From contig JAKMXF010000244.1 in the NCBI GenBank assembly GCA_024704765.1, forward strand, positions 239,905 through 303,904: a DNA stretch of 64,000 bases, written 5' to 3'. Origin of the DNA: Oopsacas minuta (Eukaryota; Animalia; Porifera). The notes under the pieces were generated by a model, which was given only the letters and a program-made list of their open reading frames with translations, did not search any database and was not told the DNA's origin. Made by a program: the position numbers and the translations under genes. Of this stretch, positions 24,461 to 38,055 are shown one piece after another (the first letter of the stretch is position 1; each line of letters starts with the position of its first letter).

Positions 24461-27119
24461 ATCTTCTGATTGTATAATAAAGTCTTGTAATGATAGGATT
24501 GAAAATGAATTAATGTAGATACAGTTCTATGTCATATTTATGTAGATTGTAAAATGAAAATTATATCGATCAATAGGATGCCATATTATTCACATTATTG
24601 GAGTTCACATATCGATTACGTATTCACAATTGAATACATGGTATTTATTGTCATACACATGCAATTTATATTTGCTAGATGCATGGCATCTTTTTCGATC
24701 CCTTACAATGTAGGGCTTACTAAGTATGACAATAAATATATCTGAGTACTAACTTTGTTGACGTATAATGGAGATGGTTTTTTATAAGAGCGAAGAATTG
24801 AATACAAAGAGGGAAAAATAAGTAGTGATAGCGAGGAGCCTCTTCTGACTAAATCATTTACGCACACCCGAGGTATAGATGATTCTCTCCGAATATGTAT
24901 CCCCCCTCTATCCCCTCTTGGGTATTGCCATCCGCCCAATGGGAGATATCCCGCTGGGAGAATCACTGGTCTAATGAATGCTCCACAGCCCTATGCGCAA
25001 GTGATAATTATAATTATCCATTTTGCTCATTCGACACAATCAGCATGCTCTACCTTTGAACATGCTCATTGTGAGTAACTAACACGAATAAGGTAGCACG
25101 GAATTTTCTAATTTGACTCTCCGACACTTTAGTTATCCGAAGCCCAGGAAGAAATAATGTTATTTAAATAGTTCAATTTCATCTTGAGCTTTGTGCTACC
25201 TTTGTACTTGGTTTTCGGATGGTGTAATCATGTTAGGCTAAAATAGTTATAAACATTTACTCAAATATTCCAAATTAGAAAAATATTCTCTTTCAAATAT
25301 CCCAGAGCTGTGAATTTCATACAGGAAAATAAACTATTTCAGTCACTCAGTTCATGAAAATTGAAAATGTATGACTAAAGTGTTCGGATAATCGAGGATG
25401 TATTGTATTTAATACAGTGTTGCAATATCCGGAACTAGGAATGTCTTCAAAATCTAATTAGAGTATATTTTTGGAATCTCCTTAATTCAATTTTGGCGAA
25501 AAATATTATTGTCAGTACATAGTAGAAACATAAATCCTAACAACAGCACACGAAACTTATATAGTTTGAATAATATTAATTTCATATTTAGAAATGCAAA
25601 CTCCAATGCCATGTATATGCGTCATAAGACTACTTATATAGCTATAACGCTGTATCTAAGACCATAATAATGAATTATGATTAGCCAATATTATAACAAA
25701 CATTTAGAAGAGTTTTAAAGCTATGCATGTTTTAGCACTGGATGTCTAGATTTTCCCTCTAAAGATTAAAACAATGAAGGTCATTATGGTTTAGTATTTA
25801 GAATCTCATGGTAGACTATATTTGACTATGAGTTCTTAATATATACTTAATGTTACTATGTTTAGTGAAGAATTGAAAAAGTAATAATTATCCAGCCCGG
25901 CATTAAATTAAGAAATAACCTTGTATAAATTATAGTAAAATAAACACACGTCTATATATTTCTATATATTACAAGAAACTTCGCTTGCTAGGTCGCTACG
26001 GAACGAACTAACTTCGGGATTTAAGAAACAACTAAATTGCTTAGGCTTGGTGCCGCGTCTAGACGGAATATACTCAGCATAATATGAGAAATAAAACAAT
26101 CATAATCTATACTGCGTCCAATAACAGTTAACGACCATCTGTGGTACCACTGAGCTGCTAGTGACATTGGGTTAGCAATCTTGGCAATAAGTGCCCATGA
26201 AAATACAAAATATTCGTCATTTCGAAATTTTTGATATTTTGATAGTTTTTTACGATGACGTTATAATTCCAGGATGAGTTAGAATTATAAAAATAACGAA
26301 GTCATGGACTTTGGAAATTGGGTGCATCTGCAAATATATTTCAAAAATTCCTTAAAGTATATTGGTTGAGCATCTAGTAGTAGATGACAAAGTTATTTTT
26401 GAAAATATAGAAATATGAAAAAAAAAAATCACGAAAGTGATCAAAGATTCTCGAGAGCGATTGCAATTTCATATGCCAAATGGTTAAATATAATTGCTTA
26501 GGCATATACTGAAAGTAATATTTTTGTTGTCTCTGTACTACATAGATTAATTCGATGTAAAAAAAGACCTAGAAATTCACATTCTAAGCAAATAATGCTT
26601 TAGTGGTTGAAACGGGTTATTGCCAACAGGGATTTGCCACTTTAAAATAAATATTAGTATATACATGAACCCTGTGAACCATTGGCTACGGCAAACAGTG
26701 TTTATCAATGAAAGTAAATCTATCTATTTCTAAAGATGAATAAAGAATCAAAATCTTAACTAAAAATTTAGAAAATCTAAAATTTGAGGTAAATCTCAAT
26801 TATTTGTTCTAAGACTTCGACTTGAAGAGGTAAAACATATTAATCAATCCATATAATAATTTATCTGGAGTGACGGCGATTGGAGGTCGCCAGGACCAAG
26901 GCTCGTTTGTAAAGAAGTTCTCCATTATGGATTAGAGAAACCAATGCTCCACTGATAAATTGGGCATGAGTCATAAACCATCATGCTCCAAAATCCCTTC
27001 TTTCCAATTCCATACATTGATTATGAAACTGTATATAGGCCCAAAGGAAAATTACCATAACTCAAGAAGTAAGTGTAGCATAAGGATAAAATTCATAGTA
27101 CAGTCACCATAAATAACTA

Positions 27120-29280
27120 CACTGGCCAACAACATTTTCTTGGCTGATAAGTTGAGACTATTTCTAGGGTATAACTGGGTCACTGAGTTCGAAAATGGCA
27201 CTAGTTCTGCTCAATTCGCTCTACTTTTCGTGATATTGTAAAATTATGTTTTTAGCATCCGTGAATCTGTATTCACTGATACCATATAGTATGTATGTAT
27301 TACCTTATAACTAGAATTGAATATACGTAATAAGCAGATAATTTGAGATATAATATGAACTGGATACTTATCAATCATGAACGAATATTCTCTTATACGA
27401 ATTCCTATTGTGAGGTTCTTGGGGGCAATCACGCATAAGGCTCCAGCAGTAATCTGCCAACATGTGAGCACCCCATCTTCCTTGGTACCGTTCCTCCATA
27501 GTCCTGATGTCTTGGTGGAATCGCTCGCCCTGTTCTTCGCTTAAATCACCAAGATTCTCAGGGAATCTCTCTAAATGGCTATAGAGGTAGTGAAGTTTAT
27601 GTTGATTCTGGTTCCAAGACTGTGGAAGTTTTTGAGCATGCCTTCGACCAGATTCTGGTAGTTAGCCACTTTGGTGTTGCCTAAGAATCCCTTTACAACA
27701 TCGACAAAGGAATACCAAGTGGCAGCCTCAACTCCAGTCATGTGTGAGGTGAATTATTCATCTTTTATCAGTTTTCTGATTTGTGGCCCATCAAAAATTC
27801 TTGCCTAAGTTTTTCGATACTCAGACCACGATATACTGAGTAGGGTAGTTGAAACAGATACCATCTTTGTTGAATGCTTTTGCGAACTGTTTCATCAGTC
27901 GCAACTTGATATGTAGTGGTGGTAGGATGATACGGACACGGCTAACTAGTGGCTCGTTAATAATATTCTTTTCCCCTACGGGAATCTTTTGACGAACTGG
28001 CCAGTTCTTCTTTCCCAGTGCACCCCATCCGCTCTGTTGTCCCACAAACAAAGAAAGTATGGATATTTAGTGTAACCACTTTACTGTCCTAACAGGATAT
28101 TGACCATTTTCAAGTCCACACACACGATCCAGTTATGTTCATCATAACACAGCTTTTGAAGGACCATCTTTCAGTTGCATAGTGCTCTTTCAAGATTACT
28201 GAATGGCCGATCGGAACACAGGCAAATTTGTTACCATTATGCAGCAATAAGCACTTTAGACTCCGTTTAGAGCTGTCGATAAATGAACGCCACTAATTTG
28301 GATTGGATTGGGACAGTCCCATTGCTGAGAAAAGTCCTGGAATGTTATCACAAACACGAAACCGCCTTCTTCACTGAAATAGCGAATAAATTCTTCATCT
28401 CTGCGGCGGTAATAAGTTATCTTAGCTTCACTGTGGAGAACATGGTGTTCACTGAGACGGGAAGCCAGGACCTCTGAAGCATCTTTAGACAAGCCCAAGT
28501 CTCTCACTAAGTCGTTGAGCTGCCCCTGTGTGAAAGGCTCCGCTTTAGTTATCTGTAACAACTCATTACAGCTATTGCTGCTGTAAGTGCTGTCCGACGA
28601 TTCATCAATTGTCTCAGTAAACGCAGGATCAGGTAAGGACGTAAAACAGGCACCTGAATTTCGCTGCAGTGTGGAATTGGGCATCTTGCAGAATGTATGT
28701 CAAACAATGCCACGAATTCTTTTTCTGCCGGATCCATCCAGACATGTTTAGCATGCAGAAGTAGCAGTCATCGTGATGGTTCTTGGGCTCTCGCCAAACC
28801 ATTGGTGTCCCAAACTTCATGGATTTGGCTTTTCCTTGGGCCCGTAGGTGGAGGGTTTCTGTGCAATATTTGCACACTTTGTGAGGACTCCATGACTTAT
28901 CCTGATCGCCTAATTTAATACCAAAGTAAGCCTAATAAGCTATTTTGGTGACATCTCAAATATTAAAACGATGTTCCTTTGCCATATATTCACCACAAAT
29001 ATAGCAAAATACACCAGGATCATTGAGGCAACAACTTCTATTGCGTTTTGAATCCATAAAAGTTTGTATGTTGGGGACATATAGTTGTAAATGATGATAT
29101 AAACATACAAACCGAAAATATTTGTAGTATTACTCCAAAATTTAAGGTTGTGTAATATCTAGAAAACTAGAGCCAATTAACAAAACTAATAGTATTTTCG
29201 CATTCAGCAACCCCGATATACCCTAAAAACACTCCAACAATCTGACCCAAGAGATAGAAATATTTTTTTGTTGACCTGTG
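27120..29280 (-). mobile_element. Chapaev3-type (CMC) DNA transposon, both ends intact, transposase inactivated
   Basis: TIRs CACTGGCCAACAA and TTGTTGACCTGTG with an exact 3-bp TSD CTA. Transposase from about 29057 to 27376 carries FCYICGEY, PMVWREPKNHHDDCYFC, PPLHIKL, SEEQGERFHQDI and MLADYCWSL, with multiple stops and frameshifts. The family name is from recall of Chapaev3 CAC termini and 3-bp TSD. Confidence 0.85.
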
Positions 29281-29829
29281 CTATGAATGTGATAAATAAT
29301 CTAAAAGGCCAAGACTAACTAGAAACATTGTAAGACAAAACTGTTTGACAGCCCCCCGTAACAATTAGAAATGCAATCATGAGTCGAGTATACCTCAGAA
29401 AAGGGTTGAAATTGCAAATATGAACCTAAAATAGAAAAAATGAATTCATTCATAAATACTCTGGCACCTCTCAAAACCGTATCAACAAATAGTATATAGA
29501 TATAGACAAGAGTCCTCGGATAACCGCGAATTTTATGAAAGAAAGGCGAGTTTCCTAACTTCCCATGTTTCTAAAACACCCAAGTGATATGCAATTAAGC
29601 ATTTTGCGAACACATGTACATACATCGTAAAAAATATATTTTGGAAACAGTACGTTTTAACTATACACATTCAAATGAATGAATAGCACACAATACAAAA
29701 ATGCGAGGAGATATATATATTCCAAAAATACTCATTCTAAATGACAGTTTTCTCAAGCAATAAGTGGAAATTCAGTGAAAGGTTTCAACTATAAATATTA
29801 ATATATAATAGTTAAATTGCTGATCATAC

Positions 29830-30088
29830 CTCTGGATTATTACAAATTAAGCATGGCTGACTCTCAAGAAAATATCCATCTAGTTCAACAATTGTAGACA
29901 ATATCTGGTAAATATTTGAATTTGGATGAGAAAAAACCTTCTCATTCAGTCTCTTTAGAAGATTTACTGATAGAGTAATACATCCGTTATCCTGAATTTC
30001 TTCAGGAGGGGAAACCAAAGTACAGTGAGAGAGAAGTTCAACAAATTGAGTTGCCTTTTGACCGAAGGTTAACATATATTCCGACATG
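29830..30088 (-). CDS. UBR4: UBR4 coding exon D
   Basis: Acceptor TTTGTAG|C and donor CCA GAG|GTATGA. Translation ...FGQKATQFVELL...HPNSNIYQILSTIVELDGYFLESQPCLICNNPE is the hallmark UBR4 motif (recalled: YGRKAAQFVDLL...HPNSNIY...DGYYLESDPCLVCNNPE). Length 259 nt, phases consistent. Confidence 0.96.
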
Positions 30089-31067
30089 CTACAAACGAAA
30101 AAAAAAAATAAAGTTCATGAGAAGAGATATCAGTGGAAATTGAGGAATTAAAGTCTACCAAATTAATCCAAGTCTTGCAGGATTGAAATAGATAGGCAAA
30201 TTTGACCAAGTTTCAAGGTGTGGGCCAATACTACAATCAGATTTTCTCAAACTCTCATTAAATAAGGGCACACTTTGAGAAAATGTGTATCATTACAACA
30301 TTGGAGTCGAATGCTTTGGTGAAGTTAAGCAAAGTTTGGTCACGTTTGCTGATGCTTTTTAGTCTATGGCTAAAGTGTAACCCAGTGTAGTCAAATGTGA
30401 AACATTTGGACCAGAAAAAGCTATCTTTCTAATAGTCCTCACATCGAAATCGTTACACTACTTATAAATACCCAATGCCGAAGAAAAATATATGTCCAGA
30501 AAATGGTCGTATGCATAAGGAGAAGATTTGTCATAATTAATATAGGGTTTCATATATATTAATCATCTAGCAACTAGATTCAAGTCACTTACTATTTCAG
30601 AAATCAATAAAAGTTGAAATAAACCAATACATATAGCAGAACCGTAACTATTTGGGAAGTTCGGCGGGCGAATCTCCTGATAAACCCACATTGTCCTTTA
30701 TAATTTCAAATGTAAAGTCCTGTGATCAGAGATTTTTAAGTGAATATCTATAGCAACTTCCTCCAACGACAGGTATTTCAACAATATATCATGATATAAA
30801 GTGCCCTCGGTTGTTAGTTGAATATACAAATTCGTATGAGAAATCCCAAAGAATCAATTCATTAAAGGGAATACTAAGTGATTTTTCCAAAATTGAGCAA
30901 AGAATTGATTATTCAAGAAATGTTTTGTAGAATTTCCCACTTATAGAATGTGGACCAACGTTTCCCCGCTTTTAAATGTTCCTCGATTATAGAGATCCTA
31001 CACTTATCGAGGTTGAATTGAAGTTAATACACAAGTACATTATCAAGGAAAATGAAAAAAAACTTAC

Positions 31068-31639
31068 CTCCAGAAAAGGCCTAACAAAATATTCTTATCC
31101 AGACGAACAGAGGTTGAAAATACAGCCCAGAAAAACGCTTGTGATAGAACTCGTAAAGTTAGTGATTTAGCATCAAGAAGAAAATAACTCACAATGTTTC
31201 GTAGGGAAATATTGTTTTCCTTTCCAAATATAGATTCTGATATGTGTAACAATTGTTCAACCAGCTGCTTATTAGGAAAAACACGCTTACCAATCCCGAG
31301 ATAGTCAGGAAATGTAGATTTCGATTCAACTGTAGAAGTGGGATTAGTTCCAAACGTCTTATCTACAACAAAGTCAAAACCACATATAGCGCAACAGACC
31401 AAATGCAGAATACTGCCAGCAATTTCCTCATGCAAATTTCTTGATAGTAGAAGTAAATATGGTAGAGTAATATTGTTCTGAGTACAATATAGCTGCCAAT
31501 TTTCAGGGCGATTAATCCCGCACTCCAAACATATCGAGATACACTGAAGAATTGAAATCTGACTATGATAATCGATGTTATTTATAAAGCACTTGAATGA
31601 AGATTGTATATCTGCACAATTTGTTAAACAAAACATCAT
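31068..31639 (-). CDS. UBR4: UBR4 coding exon C
   Basis: Acceptor TTTTTAG|ATG and donor TGG AG|GTAAGT. Translation includes RPENWQLYC...LLLLS...EEIAGSILHLVCCAICG...YFLLDAKSLTLR...LLGLFW, matching the recalled UBR4 RTINWQKFC...LLQLLSCALCG...FLLESNSSSVR...LLLDLMW. Length 572 nt fits phase 0 in, phase 2 out. Confidence 0.9.
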
Positions 31640-33129
31640 CTAAAAATACGAATATACAAAAATTTGATCAAATTTTATCTGTAAAGGTAATACGGTCAAA
31701 TACTACGTAAAACGTAAACAAATCAAATGTAGTAAGTGAAGGAGAGAATGGTTGTAGAAAATTTTGTAAGAGCATGAATATATTGATTCATATATGCTAA
31801 GAAAAGAATGTCCAATTCAACAAAATACCAACGAGCATGGGTGTATATTTGGTCTGACAAAGATACCACGGTCCATGATAATTATTGTATAAACTTATTG
31901 ATAAAAACTAAGTTCCGCCAAATCCAAAAACTTCCTAAATGAATTCAATTAGATGGAATTAAAACAGTGTGAAATGAAAAAATTTATCTTAAGGGTAAGT
32001 TAAGGGTATTTCGTAAAATAATCAATCAACTGTAAATAGATTTCTTGTACTTGTTACTAGTCTGGTAATTGCTTGTGGTGAGAATGTCTTGCAGACATTG
32101 TCAACCCCTATATTTCTAATCCTTCAAAGTCTAATTAGCCTTCACTAATCAGGTTACCAAGTAGTTCCCTAAAAGCTGAATATAGAAGGTTGTCATATCT
32201 AATGTTGCACGGCCGGTGGTTTTGCGCCGAGCACTCAGGTTGGCAAAGATTTGTCGGGGTTGGGGTTTAGGTTTTCTAATGTCCGGTTTAATTCACTCAA
32301 GGATCTATTGTTAAAGGACATTTGAATTGGAAATTATACATAGGAATTGGGGAGGGGGCAGAATTATAAGGGGATTCGTACTGCAGAATTCCGCCATTAA
32401 TAGAGGTTCTATTGTATTATAATATTTTCTACATAATATATTAAGTTGTTTAAAATTCTTTCAATGAAGACGTATTATGTATAACACGTACTATATACTC
32501 CGTATTATGTGTTCAATGTACAATTTTTGGTGGCTTAATTTCTATTGGGCTGATTCGGCAACAGGAATTTTGCAACAAAATGGAAGTTCTCGAATTGACA
32601 ATGAGAAATCTCAGCTAGATGACAAAAAATCTGGGTTGGCTAGTTTAACACACCTTCGTTTTAAACCATGGTGCAAACCCCGTTTAGTGGGTTAAACTGC
32701 GTTAAACCCTTGTTTGGGGCAAAGCTGGTAATTACACAGTGCTAAACCTCATTTATTTGGGTAAATCGCCTAAACTGTGTTTTAGACTATAATTTAGGAT
32801 TGTTAGACTATATTTTGATTAAATTGTAAACCCAGTAATATTCAAAGTCTACATAAATAGAGATCCATAATGTACAATTGGCGAAAATCAGACCTCTGAC
32901 AAATGGTAATAGAATAGAGCTAAATTCATATATGGGGTTTTTGTTAAATTAATCTAGCTTGATGAAGATATTATTTGGAAATGATAAAGCAGATGCCACT
33001 CATACAGGGATTGAGATATCCACAGGAAAATCTTAATTCGCATATCCTTATATAAGTATTATATTCTCATCGTATATAGGTATTTAGTGTTTCCTGTAAT
33101 GTATCTCAATTATATTTATTTTACCCATT

Positions 33130-34200
33130 AACTTGTAATGGCAATTCATGTGGGCCATTACAAGTTAAGGGTAGTAAAGACCCAAGACATGTCAATCGTA
33201 AATGTCACCTTTCTCTATACTGCAATTACCAATCAGATAAATATATGCAACATACCATTTAATGTTGCAGAATACAAAGAATTCAATGGAATGATAAACC
33301 TTCTACAACCTGGATATTCCTCACCTTAATGAAAAGACTTATCTGGACGATTACTCGATTGCATACACGACGACATACATAAACATATTACACAAGAGTT
33401 ATATGATAAAGATGTTACATTGGTTTGAGGTAGTTGGAGTGATATCCACAATAATCTTGTTATGTCTACCTCTATTCATACGGGCTCGAAAACCTATTTG
33501 TAACAGTCGTTTATTATGCATTAAGATCTTCAATAAAAATAGACCATTGTACTTGATAATTAATGCTCATCAAGAAGGGGTTGTTTGAAACTACAATTGT
33601 CAAGACCATCAATAATACTGGCTTGTCAAATCAAGCTAAGCAGGTACCTAAGAGAACAGTTAGAACCGATTTCAATTGCCTTGAACACCCCCAATCCGAT
33701 AACACGAGTATTGTTGATTCCTGTCACAGTTGGTTGTGACTAACTGGAAATGAATTGCAAAACCTCACAAAGAATTAGTACAGCATCGCATTACATAAGC
33801 AATGACTCTGTATCACTTCCTTGCATCCTGTTTAAATCCTAAATATCGAGGAAGGGGGCCAGGTGATGAATACTTGAGATCTGTGCAGCAATTATTCAAT
33901 CACAAGTGCCAAGAAATTTCAAGTGATTTATGTGCATTCCAAGCAAAGACCAACCCTTTTCCTCACACGTGTTAGAGGAATCTTTCATTGAAAAGGATGA
34001 TCCTTGCATAGGGTGTGCATCAAGAAGCAATATAAGAATGTGAGTCCAGTTGAGTAATCTAGCAATTAGTTTACTAAAATTGCCTTCGAGTTTAGCTCGA
34101 TAGAGCGAATATTTTCTAATCAGCCTGATGCAAACAAATTCAGAAATAGACTTGGGCTGGAAAAGCTTCAAGAAGAGTAACATGTTTCCGTGAGTTGACG
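33130..34200 (+). mobile_element. hAT transposase remnant, internally deleted
   Basis: ICNIPFNVAE...MINLLQPGY, DVTLV*GSWSDIHN (the QDGWSD motif), LEPISIALN..QSD, LNPKYRG, and LAISLLKLPSS...SIERIFS (dimerization domain). Confidence 0.8.
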
Positions 34201-34315
34201 GGATAAGTCTAATTAGACTGGTAATCTGTATAGTTATATAGTAAGAATTTTAGCATTCATTCCAAATAAATATATGCATTACATAATATTTAAATAGAGT
34301 TACCAAAAGGGGATA

Positions 34316-34410
34316 CACGTTGTTTTATTTATAAGGAACACCTTTATAAGGAACTCCAGGCTGAGAATTGGCAAAAAATTAAGGAACTCTTAAGGAACTG
34401 CCCAGCCTGA
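34316..34410 (+). repeat. Partial second copy of the 34642 MITE (left TIR plus body, no right TIR)
   Basis: About 70 nt nearly identical to the start of the MITE: CACGTTG...ATAAGGAACACCTTTATAAGGAACTCCAGGCTGAGAATTGGCAAAAAATTAAGGAACT. Confidence 0.85.
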
Positions 34411-34454
34411 GATTATAAAACCCATAAATAATATACCTATCATAGCATCATTTA

Positions 34455-34810
34455 TTAATTTATCAAGAATATTTCAACATCGTCTATATCTTCCTTTGAT
34501 ATATAATCAATTGAATCATCTTCAAATACTACTTTAAACTCATCAAGCCTACTGTTAAAATATTGGATCTTTCCAATAAACCACCCATTTTCATATAACC
34601 CTTTAACTTGTTTTCCAACGAGTTCATGGTGAAAAATCCTACACGTTGTTTTTTTTATAAGGAACACCTTTATAAGGAACTCCAGGCTGAGAATTGGCAA
34701 AAAATTAAGGAACTTCAGCCTGAAGTTTGAATTAGGGTTCCTTATAAAAAAAAAAACGTGTACATAACCGAATAGCTGGATTAACCCGGTTAAACAAGTA
34801 AACTCAGTAT
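34455..34810 (-). pseudogene. Tudor/SH3-like domain coding fragment interrupted by the 119-bp MITE
   Basis: Removing the MITE and one TA gives YLFNRVNPAIRLCRIFHHELVGKQVKGLYENGWFIGKIQYFNSRLDEFKVVFEDDSIDYISKEDIDDVEIFLIN*. The G-x-V...GWF-G-I...F-V-FED...DYI pattern is Tudor-like; fold is inferred. Confidence 0.5.
34642..34760. mobile_element. 119-bp TA-TSD MITE (Tc1/mariner-type)
   Basis: TA|CACGTTGTTTTTTTTATAAGGAAC ... GTTCCTTATAAAAAAAAAAACGTG|TA. Confidence 0.88.
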
Positions 34811-37001
34811 AAATCGGTTTGACTCCAACCCTGGACAAATTACATAATACTTGATATTAATGTGGTATATATATAAGTCTACAAATGTGAAAATTTCCTA
34901 TTTGTTCCATTCTCAGAGGAAATATGAACAATTTTTATAAACAATATTTGATTCCTGCTGAAAGAAAAACAAGGTTTAGGACAATCGAGGGTTTAATGTT
35001 CAGATATTGGATTATACAGGTGGCTGTCCGGTTTGGAGCGATTCAAAATATACAAACATCCATAGGTAGAGTATAGACTGTGTTCAAGTAAACAAAATCA
35101 AATTTGTCAGAATTCTGCCGTGACAGCAGTAATAGTATTGTAATACTGGGACAATCGGGTAATGTGGTATTGGATAAAATATATTAATAAACATAAATAT
35201 TAAGGTTGCGATATGATATCAAAATGGTGGATATTGTGAAATCAAACGAATACGCCATGGTGAATAGTGACGTAATAGCGAAACACACCCCTTACTATGT
35301 CCCGATAATCCAAAATACACATGCGCAATTGCGGCTTGTCCTTGCGTGCACAGATTCTTTATGATATAATATTTACGAATTCCCCATTCATAATTTTATA
35401 CAATAAGTTGATAAAACGGAAAAACTACACCAAAGACACAACAGATAAAAGAGCATAGATTTTGAGCTTGTGGATCAAATGTGCAGTTATAATGTGAAAG
35501 AGTAGCTTCACACAATTCCCATCAAGAACGCCAAGGAATGATTAATAGCGATCCTATCAATGATGAAACACTCAGCAAGGACAGACATCTCAAGAAGGAA
35601 TTCGATGAAACTAATTGAGTTTGCAAATTGGACAACATATATGAATTTGGAAGAAGAAAGGACAAACAGTAAACGTAAAATGCTCAGCGTCTCATCGAGC
35701 ATCTCAATAACACAATTGATTTGACTATATATTCACATAGATTATAGGGAAAATAATGAAATTCACAACAAGTCATACTTACATTTAATTAAAGGCTAAA
35801 CTCATTATAGCAGAATCACACAACATAATTGTAATTAAAGTTATATTAAATTACATCTTTTTAGGTGGTATTCCGTTGCGTCTAATATCTGATTTGTTTA
35901 CAACGAGATTCCATGGTATTAGTGACACTGGCCCACCAAAGGCCTCCGAACGTTCCGAAAATAGAATTTAGAGGGCAATTGGTTATAAATCAAATCGATA
36001 TCATATTCCAAGGGTTCCATAGGCTCTATTGTAGGATAACAATGAAACCTGCGCCAGACACCTTCTTAGAACTGGAGCCGGATATGGCATAGGCTAACTA
36101 GGCTACGGGGCTCTAAATTATACACTGAGCATGGATAAAACCAATCGGATATGTTTATAAGTCCATGTTAGGACGTGAAAAAATAAATTTTTCACCCCGA
36201 ATTTCTTCCGAAAACTGTAATGACGGATGATGGTGTAGTTTTTATTGGCAAGGTAATTTGTAATATATTTTTGAACTCTTCGATTATTCCATCACATTCT
36301 CTCTGGGTATATAATACATTGAAACCTGTTTGTCCAATTATGATTGAGGAACTGGTAAGAGAGATACTTATTTGAAATTTGATATAGGTGTGGGAAATAG
36401 CGTTTCAAGAAATATGTTCAAATATCTACTGAAATATTCACACCTTCTCATATTCTCATATAGTTCATAATTGTTTGTTTTTAGGTACATAAATAGGGAA
36501 AATAATCCAATATCCAAAAAGGTCTTAGAATCGTATTTTATAGGCTATAATGGGGTAGTCGAGTATGTTGAGTTCGAATATGATACTGTTAGCAACATAT
36601 GATTCATACTTGTAGTTGTTTATGTACATAAAGTTAAAAATTTCAAATAGGTCATAGAATTATACTACCAAAGGTTATATATTCGAGGGTAGTCTGTATA
36701 CACAGATTATCAGTGTAGCAAGCATTAGTATGGACAATGAATTCTAATGTCTATTATCCTATCAACTTAAGTTTGATTATACAGCAGTCAATCTTTGCAA
36801 TTTGCTCAATATCTGATTTCATATTGAACACGATGTTGAGAATAGCATATAGTGAATATTCGACTGAGAGAGTGACTTTCAAAACATTTATAGAATAAAC
36901 AGCAATAAATACACAAAATATCGTTTGATTAGGAGTAAACTAGACACCGAAGGGTGCCTATTGTGGACACAAAGTGTTCGTGACCGCGTAGCGAATTCGT
37001 A

Positions 37002-38055
37002 AAGGGTGTCTAATAAGTTCTGTTATACATTTCCGCGCCTTAGACAGTAGCTATTAATATACTTATGAAGTAATCTTCTAGATTTTCTGATAACATTTTT
37101 GGCGTTCTTTCGAATTATGCCAAATATATATCATTCATGGTGATGATTTCCAAGAAAATCATGTTAGAAGAAATTCGTTCAAAAATTGTTACTTTTCATG
37201 AATCTGGATTTAGTAATAGTGAAATTCTAAAAAGGATAAAAAATGATAAACTCAATCCCATGTTGATCTATCGCACAATAAACGATATATAAAGACTGGG
37301 AGCGTGTCTAATAGGAAACGAGTTGGGCGTTCAAGATCCGCTCGCATACCAACCCAGAAGAATAGCGTTAGATGTCGAATCCTAAGAAATCCCCGGCGTT
37401 CAATAAGAAAAATGTCTCGAGAGTTCTAAGTCAATCACGAAATAATGCGAAATTGGTTGTAGGGGACCTAGGAATGAAGTCCTATAAGAGGAAAAACGTA
37501 CACCATTTAACGACTCCATACGTCGTAAGGGAGTCGAAAGATGCATACAACTAAAAGCCCTATTCGCTCCTTGGAGTGAAGATCAGATTCTCTTCTCAGA
37601 TGAGAAGCTGTTTACGGTTGAGGACGCAAGCAATCGTCCAAACGAGCGTATTCTTGCTTCTCGAAGTCAGGCGCATCCCAGATAGCCTCAAGTACATTGA
37701 TAGAGTCCAGAAGCCTCTTTCTCTGATGGTATGGGCGGGAGTGTCGGCAGACTCACGACAAACCTGATTTTTGTCCCCAGGGAGTGAAAACAAACTCCCA
37801 GGCCTACAGAGAGCTGGTCTTGAGACCTCAAATAGCTTTTGCTGGTGAGAAGCTCTTTCAAAACCATCCTTGGACTTACCACAAGACTCTGTGCCTGCAC
37901 ATGCTTCAAAAGTATCTCAAGCTTGGTTCCGATAGCAAAATATCGATTTCATAAGTAAGGATGAATGGCCACCAGCAAGACCAGATTTACGCCCACTCGA
38001 CTATTCTGTTTGGGCAAACTTGGAGAGCAGGGCCTGTGCGAAATCTCACAAAGAA
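37002..38055 (+). mobile_element. maT (DD37D) Tc1/mariner transposon, decayed and 3'-truncated
   Basis: Left end TA|AAGGGTGTCTAATAAGTTCTG. Motifs ILFSDEKLFTVE, LMVWAGVS and QDSVPAH...WPPARPDLRPLDY, with exactly 37 residues between the second and third Asp. Confidence 0.9.
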
